From an uncultured Anaerolineaceae bacterium (lineage in GTDB: Bacteria > Chloroflexota > Anaerolineae > Anaerolineales > E44-bin32), in NCBI GenBank assembly GCA_964475265.1, contig CAYYVY010000001.1:21390-85389 (forward strand): a DNA stretch of 64,000 nt. Direction: 5' to 3'. Made by a program: the position numbers and the translations under genes. The notes under the pieces were generated by a model. The model was not told the DNA's origin, made no database searches, and saw only the letters and a list, made by a program, of their open reading frames with translations. Positions 9,136 to 17,961 of the stretch are shown piece after piece. How positions within the stretch are numbered: the first letter of the stretch is position 1; each line of letters opens with the position of its first letter.

Positions 9136-10234
9136 TTGCTCGATCCTTTCGGCGCAGGATGACGAGGATGATGATGTAGAGCACGGCCACCCATCCGAGG
9201 AGTAGTGCGGAATTCCATACCAGGGGTTGCATGGGTACCGGATTCGTAAATGCGGCGCGCACCAGGTTGATTAAGGTCACAGACGGTGTCAGACGCAGCA
9301 GGGTCAGAATTCCTGCTTTGAGGAAGGATCCCAGGGTGACCAGCAGTGCCGGGATGAGCATGGCGAACATGAGTAGGAATCCCCAGAGCGTCATTTGCTG
9401 CTTGGTCTCCATGGCGGTGCCAACGAGCAGGCCTACGGCGACGAAGAACAACGCGCCGCTCAAGCAGGCCAGGATGGCAGCCCACCACTGTGTGACCAGG
9501 GCCGCATTGATGCAGAAAGTGAGAAGGCCGGCGAGGACGGCGATCGTGCCGCCGGTGATGACCTTCGCGATCAGGATTTCAAGCTGCGTTGCCGGTGATA
9601 CCATCAGCGAGTCCAGCGTGCGGGTTTGTTTTTCCTCGAAGATCAAATGCGGCACGATGTACATGCCCCCCATGGAAAGCGCCAGCAGTACCGTCAATGA
9701 GGTCAAGAAAGCGTAGCCGCCCGAGTCTATCCGGGTGTAAAGCGTGTGGCCTTCCAGATCGAGGTGAACATCTTGGCCCAGGTCGTTGCCCAATGTTCCT
9801 TCGAAGTAACTGCGGATCGAGCCGGCAGCCTCATCTGAAGCCCAGTGGATGACATATGCGTCCAGGGTTACGCTCTCTCCGCTTTCGATGCGTCGATCGA
9901 AATCCTCAGGTAGAACCAGGCCGAGTACGATGAAATCCCTGTCCGCCACATAACGTTCCATTTCACCCATAGAGGCAGTGGCTACGAGGTCGTAGTTGGT
10001 GTCGGCATCCCACTGGGTAATCCATTGTGAGTTTCCCTGGTCGTAGACGACCAGGCGGGGAGGCGTTTCACCGCTCTCGAATTCGGGCAGAAAACGGTAA
10101 AGCCCAACCATCATGAAAACCGAAAACATCAGGCTCAGGATGTTGCGGTTCTTGAACGCATCGAGCAGGTCCTTGGAGGCGATCGTACCGATAACCCGGA
10201 GGTTTATTCCGTATCGTTTCATGGTGTGCCTCAT
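9128..10234 (-). CDS. ABC-2 type transporter permease, paralog 1
   Basis: Motifs ASKDLLDAFKNR and IFEEKQTRTLDSLMVSPAT. The start is ambiguous: in-frame ATGs lie at 10288, 10264, 10234 and 10222. The ATG at 10222 has a GAGG 7 nt upstream. The longest ORF would overlap the ATPase by 38 nt. Confidence 0.75.
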   Translation of the reverse strand: MRHTMKRYGINLRVIGTIASKDLLDAFKNRNILSLMFSVFMMVGLYRFLPEFESGETPPRLVVYDQGNSQWITQWDADTNYDLVATASMGEMERYVADRDFIVLGLVLPEDFDRRIESGESVTLDAYVIHWASDEAAGSIRSYFEGTLGNDLGQDVHLDLEGHTLYTRIDSGGYAFLTSLTVLLALSMGGMYIVPHLIFEEKQTRTLDSLMVSPATQLEILIAKVITGGTIAVLAGLLTFCINAALVTQWWAAILACLSGALFFVAVGLLVGTAMETKQQMTLWGFLLMFAMLIPALLVTLGSFLKAGILTLLRLTPSVTLINLVRAAFTNPVPMQPLVWNSALLLGWVAVLYIIILVILRRKDRANG

Positions 10235-10250
10235 TTTCGATCTTGCCGGA

Positions 10251-10979
10251 TCAATATAGTTCATTTCCGGTGAGTTTGATAAAGACATCTTCCAGCGTGG
10301 TTCCTTCGCCTTCGCCGTGCTCGGCTTTCAGCGTAGCTGGGCTGTCGATGGCGACAATCTGTCCCTGATGGATGATTGCCACCCGGTCACTCAAGCGGTC
10401 GGCTTCCTCCATGTAGTGGGTAGTAAGGAAGACAGTCACGCCTTCTTCTGCTAATTTCTCGACGATACTGCGGATTCCGCGCGCCACACCCGGATCCAAG
10501 CCTCGGGTAGGTTCGTCTAGAAAGAGTACCTTGGGTTGATGCAGCAGCGCCCGGGCGATGAGTAGTCGCTGCTTCATGCCGTTGGAGTAAGTCTTGATTT
10601 TGTCCTTGGCACGATCAAGCAGCCCTACCTGCGCCAGCGTCTCGTCGACACGGCGTTTGGGCACGCCGTACAGTCGTGCTGAAAATTGCAGATTGTCGCG
10701 GGCGGAGAGGCGCTCATATAGATTCTGATACTCGAAGACCACGCCGATCTGCGGTTTTAGCTGCTGGCGTCCCTCGACGACGTCGCAGCCGACGACCTGG
10801 GCCGAGCCGGAGGTCGGCCGCAGTTGCCCGGTGAGGACTTTGATGGTGGTCGATTTTCCGGCGCCGTTGGGGCCGAGAAAACCGAAGACCTCGCCGTACT
10901 CGACCTCGAAACTGATGCCCCGCACGGCTTTCACGCCTTTGTAGTAGCGGTGCAGGTCTTGGACTTGAATGGCTTTCAT
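10251..10979 (-). CDS. ABC transporter ATP-binding protein (canonical NBD)
   Basis: Walker A GPNGAGKST, signature YSNGMKQRL, Walker B VLFLDEPTRGLD, H-loop LTTHYMEEA. AGGAG lies 9 nt upstream of the ATG. Confidence 0.9.
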   Translation of the reverse strand: MKAIQVQDLHRYYKGVKAVRGISFEVEYGEVFGFLGPNGAGKSTTIKVLTGQLRPTSGSAQVVGCDVVEGRQQLKPQIGVVFEYQNLYERLSARDNLQFSARLYGVPKRRVDETLAQVGLLDRAKDKIKTYSNGMKQRLLIARALLHQPKVLFLDEPTRGLDPGVARGIRSIVEKLAEEGVTVFLTTHYMEEADRLSDRVAIIHQGQIVAIDSPATLKAEHGEGEGTTLEDVFIKLTGNELY

Positions 10980-11226
10980 CTCGTGTTACTCCTATGTGCC
11001 GGATGTGTTCGGGTCACCATGGATTGCGTTTGGATTTGGCCTAACGATACACATAGAAAGAGGGTGCTGCAATAAATTGCCGCCGAACGGCGGATTTTCG
11101 AAGTTGAATGGTGCACTGGTGGGGATCAGTGGAGAGGAAAATTACCCAAAAACTTCGTTAAAACAGCCAACTTTGGACAAAGCCACGTCCGTGTGGTGAG
11201 GTCGTACCGCTTTCTATGGGGTTGGT

Positions 11227-12222
11227 TCAATAGCCAAGCAAGTCTTTGAGTTCGGCAGCCGCGGTTTTACTGAGGGGAATCAGCGTGGCTTCCGAGTCGT
11301 CGAGGCGCAGGGAAAAGCTGTTGCGCGTGAAGGGTATGACTTCGGTGACGTGCTGCAAGTTGACCAGGTAGCCGCGGTGGGCGCGGAAAAAACCGCTGCG
11401 CGCCAAGCGTGTTTCGAGTTCGGACAGCGTGAATTGCGTGGGCAGCCGTTCGCCGTCCGTGGTATGCAAATCGGCGCGCCCTTCTTCAACGTCGGCGTAA
11501 ATGATGTCGGTGGGATTGATCAGAGCGACTCGTCCTTCCAGTTTCACCGGGATCTTAAACGGCGTGGAGATCTGGCGTTCTTCGCCGGGTTTGAAGGTTG
11601 ATTGGATGCGCCCCTCATTGAGCGTATGGATCGTGTTGCAGATCGGTTCGAGCAGCGTGCTGTCGTCCGCCAGAATGAGCACTGCAGTGCCGCGTTCGGA
11701 GAGGGAGCATATTAAATCGGAGAGCAGGTCGATGGATGATTTGTCACAGCGGGCAAACGGCTCTTCCAGGATCAACGCCTCCGGGTCGTGCAGGATGGCG
11801 CGTCCGAAAGCCAGGCGTCGTTGGAGACTGGATGACAACTTGGCCAATCTGGATTTGCCGTGATCGGCAAGCCCGACTCGCAGCAGGGTTTCCTGCGCTT
11901 TGGACTTCGGAAGGCCGTGCAGTGTGCCGTGGAACTGCAGGTTGGCGAACGGCGAACGCTGCTGGTAAAGTCCGTCTTCGGCGAATAGAAAACCGACGCG
12001 GCGGCTGTAATCCTCGCGATCCGCGATGGGATCAAGTCCTGCCACCCGCAGTGTACCGCTGGAGGGGCGTGATTTGCCCGTCAGCATGGCGAGCAGTTCG
12101 ATCTTTCCGCTGCCTACCGGACCGACCAAGCCCACGACCTGACCGGCCAAGATCTTCAACATCGAGATGTCGACCGCCGTGCGTTGCCCCGTGGTCTTCT
12201 GCAGATTTTTCAGTTCAATCAT
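11227..12222 (-). CDS. degenerate ABC-type nucleotide-binding domain fused to a C-terminal LytTR DNA-binding domain
   Basis: From MIELKNLQKT. Walker A reads GPVGSGKI (Ile where Ser/Thr is expected). The signature reads LSSSLQRR, Walker B reads LILEEP, and no H-loop His is present (LILADDS). The C-terminus IIYADVEEGRADLHTTDGERLPTQFTLSELETRLARSGFFRAHRGYLVNLQHV matches the LytTR pattern. Confidence 0.75.
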   Translation of the reverse strand: MIELKNLQKTTGQRTAVDISMLKILAGQVVGLVGPVGSGKIELLAMLTGKSRPSSGTLRVAGLDPIADREDYSRRVGFLFAEDGLYQQRSPFANLQFHGTLHGLPKSKAQETLLRVGLADHGKSRLAKLSSSLQRRLAFGRAILHDPEALILEEPFARCDKSSIDLLSDLICSLSERGTAVLILADDSTLLEPICNTIHTLNEGRIQSTFKPGEERQISTPFKIPVKLEGRVALINPTDIIYADVEEGRADLHTTDGERLPTQFTLSELETRLARSGFFRAHRGYLVNLQHVTEVIPFTRNSFSLRLDDSEATLIPLSKTAAAELKDLLGY

Positions 12223-12346
12223 GGCCGTTGGCAGGATCGGATGATGACTACATTCTAGCGTCATTTTACCAAGAAGGCACGTGAGTGCAGGCATCTCAGA
12301 TTACGATTTGGTGTTGTTATTTACAACGGTAATGAAGGAGGAGAAC

Positions 12347-13201
12347 GTGTCTAAAATCGCGATCGTCACCGACAGCGACGCCAGTCTGCCCGTAGATGTG
12401 GCCGCAAAGTGGGGTATCGTACAGGTTCCTGTGAACGTTCATTTTGGCGAGGAAACGTTTCGGACGAGCGTAGACATCGATGAGGTTGCTTTATTCGAGC
12501 GTATCGATCGCGAGGGTGCCCTGCCTACAACCTCCGCGCCGGCGCCCGGCGTGTTCATGCAGACCTTTCAGGACGTGCTGGATGGAGCTGCCGACTCGAT
12601 CGTGTGTTTCTGTGTCAGCAGCGAAGTGAGCGCCATTTACAGCGCGGCGTGCACGGCGCGCGATTCGATGCCGCGAAAGGACATCGCCGTCGTCGACACT
12701 CGCACGTTGAGCATGAGCCAGGGCTTCATGGTCTTGGCTGCGGCGGAGGCTGCAGCCGGCGGTGCTTCGAAAGAAGAAGTCATCGCCCATGCGCAGGACG
12801 TCGGCGCGCGCTCGCATCTATTTGCCGCCCTGGCGACACTGAAGTACCTGGCGATGAGCGGGCGCGTGGGTCACGTGGCGGCGGGCATTGCCAACGTGCT
12901 CAACGTCAAACCGATCCTCACCATCCGCGACGGGAAATTGGACTTACTCGAACGTGTGCGCACGCAAGGCAAAGCGTTCGAGCGCGTCGTCGAGCTGGCA
13001 GTGGAGGCTTCCGGCGGGAAAGCCATCGAACGCATGGCTATTATCCACGTTATCGCGGAAGAAGCCGCGCAACGATTCGAAAGCCAACTGCGTGAAAGTA
13101 TGGATTGCCCGCAAGACATCTTGCTGGCCGGGATGACGGCCGGACTTTCCGTACATTCGGGCGCCGGGTTGGTGGGCGTGACGTTCGTGGTCGAAGGTTG
13201 A
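12347..13201 (+). CDS. DegV family fatty-acid-binding protein
   Basis: (V)SKIAIVTDSDASLP is a typical DegV N-terminus. The GTG at 12347 lies 5 nt after AAGGAGG (12335-12341). An alternative ATG lies at 12332. Confidence 0.8.
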   Translation: MSKIAIVTDSDASLPVDVAAKWGIVQVPVNVHFGEETFRTSVDIDEVALFERIDREGALPTTSAPAPGVFMQTFQDVLDGAADSIVCFCVSSEVSAIYSAACTARDSMPRKDIAVVDTRTLSMSQGFMVLAAAEAAAGGASKEEVIAHAQDVGARSHLFAALATLKYLAMSGRVGHVAAGIANVLNVKPILTIRDGKLDLLERVRTQGKAFERVVELAVEASGGKAIERMAIIHVIAEEAAQRFESQLRESMDCPQDILLAGMTAGLSVHSGAGLVGVTFVVEG

Positions 13202-13249
13202 GCTGGAAACCGCCGTAGCAAGATGCATCCCACACTTGTATTTTGGGAA

Positions 13250-13279
13250 GCACCCCGGTGAGCAGCCGGGGTGCTTTTT
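13250..13279 (+). terminator. rho-independent terminator after degV
   Basis: GCACCCCGG (13250-13258) - loop - CCGGGGTGC (13266-13274), followed by TTTTT. Confidence 0.7.
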
Positions 13280-13307
13280 GTTCCACTAGATTGTACAGAA
13301 AGCATGA

Positions 13308-14024
13308 CTATCGATGATCGTCGTAATACTGTAGAGCACGCAGGTATTCGTCTTCATCGAAATCCGGCCAATAAACATCGGCGGCGTATAAAGTGGCGCC
13401 GGCGCTCTGCCAGAGTAGAAAGTTCGAAAGGCGCATTTCTCCCGCCGTGCGTATGATGAGATCCGGATGCGGCTGACCGGCGGTGTAGAGCTGCTGCTCG
13501 ACGAGGCTTTCGCAGATGGCCTCTGCCGGGGTCCCTTCGCGCAGAATTTCTCGGATGGCGTTGGCAATCTCCGCACGGCCGCCGTAGTTGAAGGCGATGT
13601 TGAGTATCAAATTCTGGTTGTCACGCGTGAGATCGATCGCTTTACGGACGTTGCGCTGCGTGGACGGGGGCAAACCCTGCAGCGTTCCAAGGTGCCGCAG
13701 TTGGACGCCTTCTTTGTGCAGTTCGGGCAGCTCGCGCTCTAGAAAAGGGTCGATGAGCGCAATCAAGCCTCTGACTTCTCCCTTCGGGCGTTTCCAATTC
13801 TCGGTGGAAAAGGCGTAAATCGACAAGTACCGGACGCCGGTTTCGACCACGACGCGTATGACTCGGCGCAAATTCTCGACGCCGGCGCGATGACCGGCGT
13901 GACGCGGAAGACCGCGAGCACGCGCCCAACGCCCGTTGCCGTCCATGATGATGCCGATGTGCTGCGGCAGCGTTCGAATCGGTGTTTGGAGATGACTCGG
14001 GATTTTTGTGAGTGTGTCGACCAT
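13308..14024 (-). CDS. uppS: isoprenyl transferase (undecaprenyl-diphosphate synthase family)
   Basis: HIGIIMDGNGRWA, plus SIYAFSTENWKRP, ...RTAGEMRLSNFLLWQ. Confidence 0.9.
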   Translation of the reverse strand: MVDTLTKIPSHLQTPIRTLPQHIGIIMDGNGRWARARGLPRHAGHRAGVENLRRVIRVVVETGVRYLSIYAFSTENWKRPKGEVRGLIALIDPFLERELPELHKEGVQLRHLGTLQGLPPSTQRNVRKAIDLTRDNQNLILNIAFNYGGRAEIANAIREILREGTPAEAICESLVEQQLYTAGQPHPDLIIRTAGEMRLSNFLLWQSAGATLYAADVYWPDFDEDEYLRALQYYDDHR

Positions 14025-14042
14025 GCGATTATCCGTTGTCGT

Positions 14043-14735
14043 TTACGCTGCCCTTGAAAGGGAAGATGGTCCCGGTTCACGTATTTGCATCAGCAAGTCC
14101 ACGATGGGTGCGCACATCAGCAGCAGGGCCAAACCGAAGAACGGCCAGGTGAACGATGAGGGCAGCGTGGTCCTGACCGCCTGCTCGCCATGCGGCAATG
14201 CGCGCAGCGCGTCCTGCATGAAAACCACCAATGCCAGGATTACACCTGGGAGGCAGAGCCACCAGGCCCTCGATGAAGGCCAAAGCTGGAAGCCCGGCCG
14301 GTCGAAAAGTGCGATCAGGGAGCTGGCCAGAGCCAAGATCCCGGCGATGATTATCGGCGCAATCACCGGTCCCCACCATGGCAGCGGTAAAAGGAAGAGC
14401 ACGTCCCAGTCCAATAACGTCCGCGGCCAACCGAGATGCAGCCGGAGAAACAGGTAATAGAAGATATCCCAGACTCCAAAGGCAAGTAGGGCGTATGCGA
14501 GCCGGGTGTGTCGATCACGACCTGTAAGGTAGCCAACCGACAGCAGCATTATCAGTGTGGCTACCTCGCGCACCAATTCGATCTGTTCGAGGTTGTTTGT
14601 GATGGGAAGTGGATTGGTTTGGTAAGGTTCGATGCGGCCGATGTGAACGCGCAGGTAGGTCACCGCGGCCGCTTCAACCCAGGCAAATGCCACGGCGAAC
14701 AGGATCACGGTTGCCCAGCGTTTGAAATTGCGCAT
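14043..14735 (-). CDS. polytopic membrane protein, unknown function
   Basis: The ATG at 14735 is preceded by AAGGAG with 6-nt spacing. Several hydrophobic helices are visible (MRNFKRWATVILFAVAFAWVEAAAV...). It lies 18 nt upstream of uppS. Confidence 0.5.
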   Translation of the reverse strand: MRNFKRWATVILFAVAFAWVEAAAVTYLRVHIGRIEPYQTNPLPITNNLEQIELVREVATLIMLLSVGYLTGRDRHTRLAYALLAFGVWDIFYYLFLRLHLGWPRTLLDWDVLFLLPLPWWGPVIAPIIIAGILALASSLIALFDRPGFQLWPSSRAWWLCLPGVILALVVFMQDALRALPHGEQAVRTTLPSSFTWPFFGLALLLMCAPIVDLLMQIREPGPSSLSRAA

Positions 14736-14898
14736 GGTGACTCCTTGGACGGTTTTTACTCGCTTGTAGATTACATCGTCGTATCTGCTGACTCCACCCC
14801 TTACATTCAGCTTTGAATGCATCCAGGTGCTTGACAGGTGTGAGCCGAGGCTTGAAAATCCATGCGAAACCACAGGCTTGTTGTTGAACGGAGTAGAA

Positions 14899-15663
14899 AT
14901 GACGGATGATCGTGTAAATCAGATACGGCTTGCCTTGGTGGAGGATAACGCAACACTGCGGGAAGCGATTCGGGAGGGATTGGAGGATTCCGGTGCAATC
15001 AGCGTTGTAGCTGAGGCTGAATCCGGAGAACATGCGGTCGAATTGTGCCTGGATGAGCCGCCGGATGCAATCCTGATGGACGTACAGCTGGCGGGCGATA
15101 CGAACGGGATCCAGGCCGCTGTGGCCATTCGCCGCGAATACCCGCGCTTGCCGGTCGTCTTCTATTCGATCCAGGATGAGGACGCCTACTACCGGGATTT
15201 CCGACGCTCCGGCATCCTCAGTCATTACGCCTACGTGCGAAAATCGAACTTCCTGCTGCCGGAGATGATCATCCCGTTGCTGCAGGATGCGATTTCCGGG
15301 CGGAGTTTCATCGATCCGGAAATCGTCTCGCGCGTTGAAGAGGTGCGCCACAAAGACGAACAATCCCCGATTGGCTTGTTGGAGCCCATCGAGCAGGACG
15401 TTGCAAGCATGCTGGCCCAGGGATTGACCAACGAGCAAATCGCAGGACGGCTCGGCTTTCGGGACAAACGTACAGTCAGCCGCATCAATGGGGCGATATA
15501 CACCGCCTGGGGTTTGGTCGAAACAGCAACGGATGAGAAGGTCGCCAGGACGCGTGCGGCAATTATCTATCAACGCGGTCAGCTCATGGTATGGGATGCG
15601 GATGGCGTTCCCAAGGTTGCCAATCGAAAGGGGGAGTGGGTGCCGTTGGAGGAGGATTCCTAG
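14899..15663 (+). CDS. response regulator, NarL/LuxR family
   Basis: Receiver domain IRLALVEDNATLREAI ... AILMDVQLAGD. LuxR-type HTH EQDVASMLAQGLTNEQIAGRLGFRDKRTVSRI. GGAG lies 5 nt upstream of the ATG at 14899. Confidence 0.85.
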   Translation: MTDDRVNQIRLALVEDNATLREAIREGLEDSGAISVVAEAESGEHAVELCLDEPPDAILMDVQLAGDTNGIQAAVAIRREYPRLPVVFYSIQDEDAYYRDFRRSGILSHYAYVRKSNFLLPEMIIPLLQDAISGRSFIDPEIVSRVEEVRHKDEQSPIGLLEPIEQDVASMLAQGLTNEQIAGRLGFRDKRTVSRINGAIYTAWGLVETATDEKVARTRAAIIYQRGQLMVWDADGVPKVANRKGEWVPLEEDS

Positions 15664-15760
15664 TCTTTGCCGTTCTCGGTAACATCTCTTTCAACCGCGA
15701 GGATGGATTTATTTTGGGTTTAATGATCTTTTTAAAACACATCCGGAGTGATTTCCATTT

Positions 15761-17887
15761 ATGACCGGTGAGTTTGCGCTGGATTGGGCCGTGCTGGCCG
15801 TTTCTCTTTTCAATACCATTATCCTGGTGTGGTTGGGTTTGGCCGTATTGCTCAATGCGGAACGCCGGCGATTGGGCGTTTGGGTGGTAGGATGCGGCTT
15901 GCTGACCGGGGGTGTCTTCTTCCTGGGGCACTCGGCGATTTTTGGGCTGGGCTTTAATTTGTTTGGGCAGAGCGTGGCTTTGTGGTGGCAGTTGAGCTGG
16001 ATTCCCGTGGTCGCCTTGCCGTTTGTCTGGTACGTCATCATGCTCTGGTATACGGGTTTTTGGGACGACGTCGACACTCCCTTGCGTCTGCGTCATCGCA
16101 TCTGGCTGCCCGCTGCCGTTTTGTTGACGGTTGCGACGGGAGTACTTTTTATCGTTGCCAACCCGCTGCCCACTTTCACGCGAGCGCTGTTTGGGAGTTT
16201 ATACACCCTGGGATCCGTGGACAGTCCGCCCATGCTCTTCCTCATTTATCCCCTGAATCTCGTTTTCTCCATCGGGTTGTCATTGGACGTCTTGCGCAGG
16301 CCAGGCCCGACGGGGCGCGTCATGGGGGACATCGCTCGCAGCCGGGCGAGGCCCTGGCTGGTGGCTGCATCGGTCGTGCTGCTCATCGTCAGTCTCCTGG
16401 TTGTTTGGGTGATGGCGGTGTTGTTGCTGGGAAGCGGTGACATCTTCCGCGCGGATATGGCGGTGCCTTTGGCGTGGTTGGATTTATGCATTGCGTCACT
16501 GATCGGCGTCGCCGTGGTCCTTACCGGCCAAGCGATCGTGTCTTATGAGGTATTTACCGGCAAAACTCTGCCCAGACGGGGTCTACGACGCTACTGGCAG
16601 CAAACCATCGGATTGGCTGCAGGCTATGCGACGTTGTTGGGTTGGAGCATCACGATGCAATTCCGCCCGATTTTCAGCTTGTTGTTGGCAACCATCATGA
16701 TGACAGTTTTCTACGCCGGGATCAGTTGGCGCTCGTATGTCGAGCGCGAGCGATACATGCAGCAATTGCGGCCGCTCGTCGTAAGCCAACGTTTGTACGA
16801 TCAGCTGCTTCGTCCATCTACGGCATTGCCGGCGGACGTCGATGTCGAAACGCCGTTCAATGGACTTTGTGAGGACGTCTTGGAGGCGCAGGTGGCATAT
16901 TTGGCGGCCTTGGGACCTTTGTCGCCGTTTACGGGACCACCGCTGCGTTATCCGCAGGATAGCGATGTGGTGTTTCCGTCACTTGTGGAAATCAAGGAGC
17001 GTTTCAAGACTCCGGAAGTGATCTGGTTGGCGCTCGATCCGCATCAGTACGGCGGCGCCAACATCGCAGTACCGTTATGGAGCGAACTCGGGTTGATCGG
17101 GGTGTTGTTTCTGGGTGCAAAGCGCGATGGCGGCCTTTACACACAGGAGGAAATCGAGATCGCCCGCACGATCGGGGAGCGTTTGATTGACGTTTGGGCG
17201 AGCGCTGAAATGGCCAGCCGGTTAATGATGCTCCAGCGGCAGCGTTTGGCCGAAAGCCAGGTGATCGACCAGCAAACACGCCGGGTGCTTCACGACGAAC
17301 TTCTGCCGCGGCTGCATACCGCCATGTTGGCGCTGCGGGGTGCGCAAATCGATGGGGAGACGGCGAAGATGCGGGCCATCGAAACACTCGGAGAAGTCCA
17401 TCGCCAGGTCGCCGATATGCTGCGCGAAATGCGCTCGACGACGGCCCCCGAAGTGGCGGCGATGGGTTTGATCGGCGCATTGCGACGGGTGGTCGAAGAA
17501 GATTTACCGCAAGCCTTCGACGGGGTTACCTGGGAGATTGAGGAAGGCGTCGAGTCGGAAATCGCTGGGATCCCGGCGCTCATTTCCGAGGTGCTGTACT
17601 ATGCGGGACGGGAGGTGATCCGCAATGCGGCGAAACATGGGCGTAGGGCAGAAAAGGGCGTTGAACTCCATCTGCGTGTGTTCGTCGCTTGTACCGATGG
17701 CTTGGAAATCTTGGTCGAGGATGACGGCAGGGGTATTGTGGAAGTAGACTCCGATCAGCGGAGCGGCGGCCAGGGACTGGCCTTTCATGGGACAATGATG
17801 GCGGTGATCGGCGGATCGTTGTCGATTGAAAGTGCGCCGGGGATTTTCACACGCGTGGTTTTATCTCTACCGAGTGATGCGTGGTAG
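15761..17887 (+). CDS. sensor histidine kinase (polytopic N-terminal membrane domain, HisKA_3-type H-box, HATPase)
   Basis: The first ~330 aa are multi-pass hydrophobic. H-box RRVLHDELLPRLHTAM. ATPase motifs REVIRNAAKHG, VEDDGRGI and GGQGLAF. Confidence 0.85.
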   Translation: MTGEFALDWAVLAVSLFNTIILVWLGLAVLLNAERRRLGVWVVGCGLLTGGVFFLGHSAIFGLGFNLFGQSVALWWQLSWIPVVALPFVWYVIMLWYTGFWDDVDTPLRLRHRIWLPAAVLLTVATGVLFIVANPLPTFTRALFGSLYTLGSVDSPPMLFLIYPLNLVFSIGLSLDVLRRPGPTGRVMGDIARSRARPWLVAASVVLLIVSLLVVWVMAVLLLGSGDIFRADMAVPLAWLDLCIASLIGVAVVLTGQAIVSYEVFTGKTLPRRGLRRYWQQTIGLAAGYATLLGWSITMQFRPIFSLLLATIMMTVFYAGISWRSYVERERYMQQLRPLVVSQRLYDQLLRPSTALPADVDVETPFNGLCEDVLEAQVAYLAALGPLSPFTGPPLRYPQDSDVVFPSLVEIKERFKTPEVIWLALDPHQYGGANIAVPLWSELGLIGVLFLGAKRDGGLYTQEEIEIARTIGERLIDVWASAEMASRLMMLQRQRLAESQVIDQQTRRVLHDELLPRLHTAMLALRGAQIDGETAKMRAIETLGEVHRQVADMLREMRSTTAPEVAAMGLIGALRRVVEEDLPQAFDGVTWEIEEGVESEIAGIPALISEVLYYAGREVIRNAAKHGRRAEKGVELHLRVFVACTDGLEILVEDDGRGIVEVDSDQRSGGQGLAFHGTMMAVIGGSLSIESAPGIFTRVVLSLPSDAW

Positions 17888-17961
17888 AAATTCCGAAACG
17901 GATTTGCTGGCTGTTTCTCTCGTTTCTTTGTTGGATGTATCCCGGCTGAGGAGCGCAACAC

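Noticed and set aside
11020-11045. TGGATT direct repeat at 11-nt spacing upstream of the ABC ATPase, as a possible LytTR site
   Set aside because: It is only a 6-nt repeat and its spacing differs from the ~21-bp periodicity typical of LytTR sites. It could easily arise by chance.
14674-15573. 299-aa ORF antisense to the response-regulator gene
   Set aside because: It fully overlaps a gene with clear receiver and LuxR-HTH motifs. The product is R/P/G-rich with no recognisable motifs, typical of shadow ORFs in GC-rich DNA.
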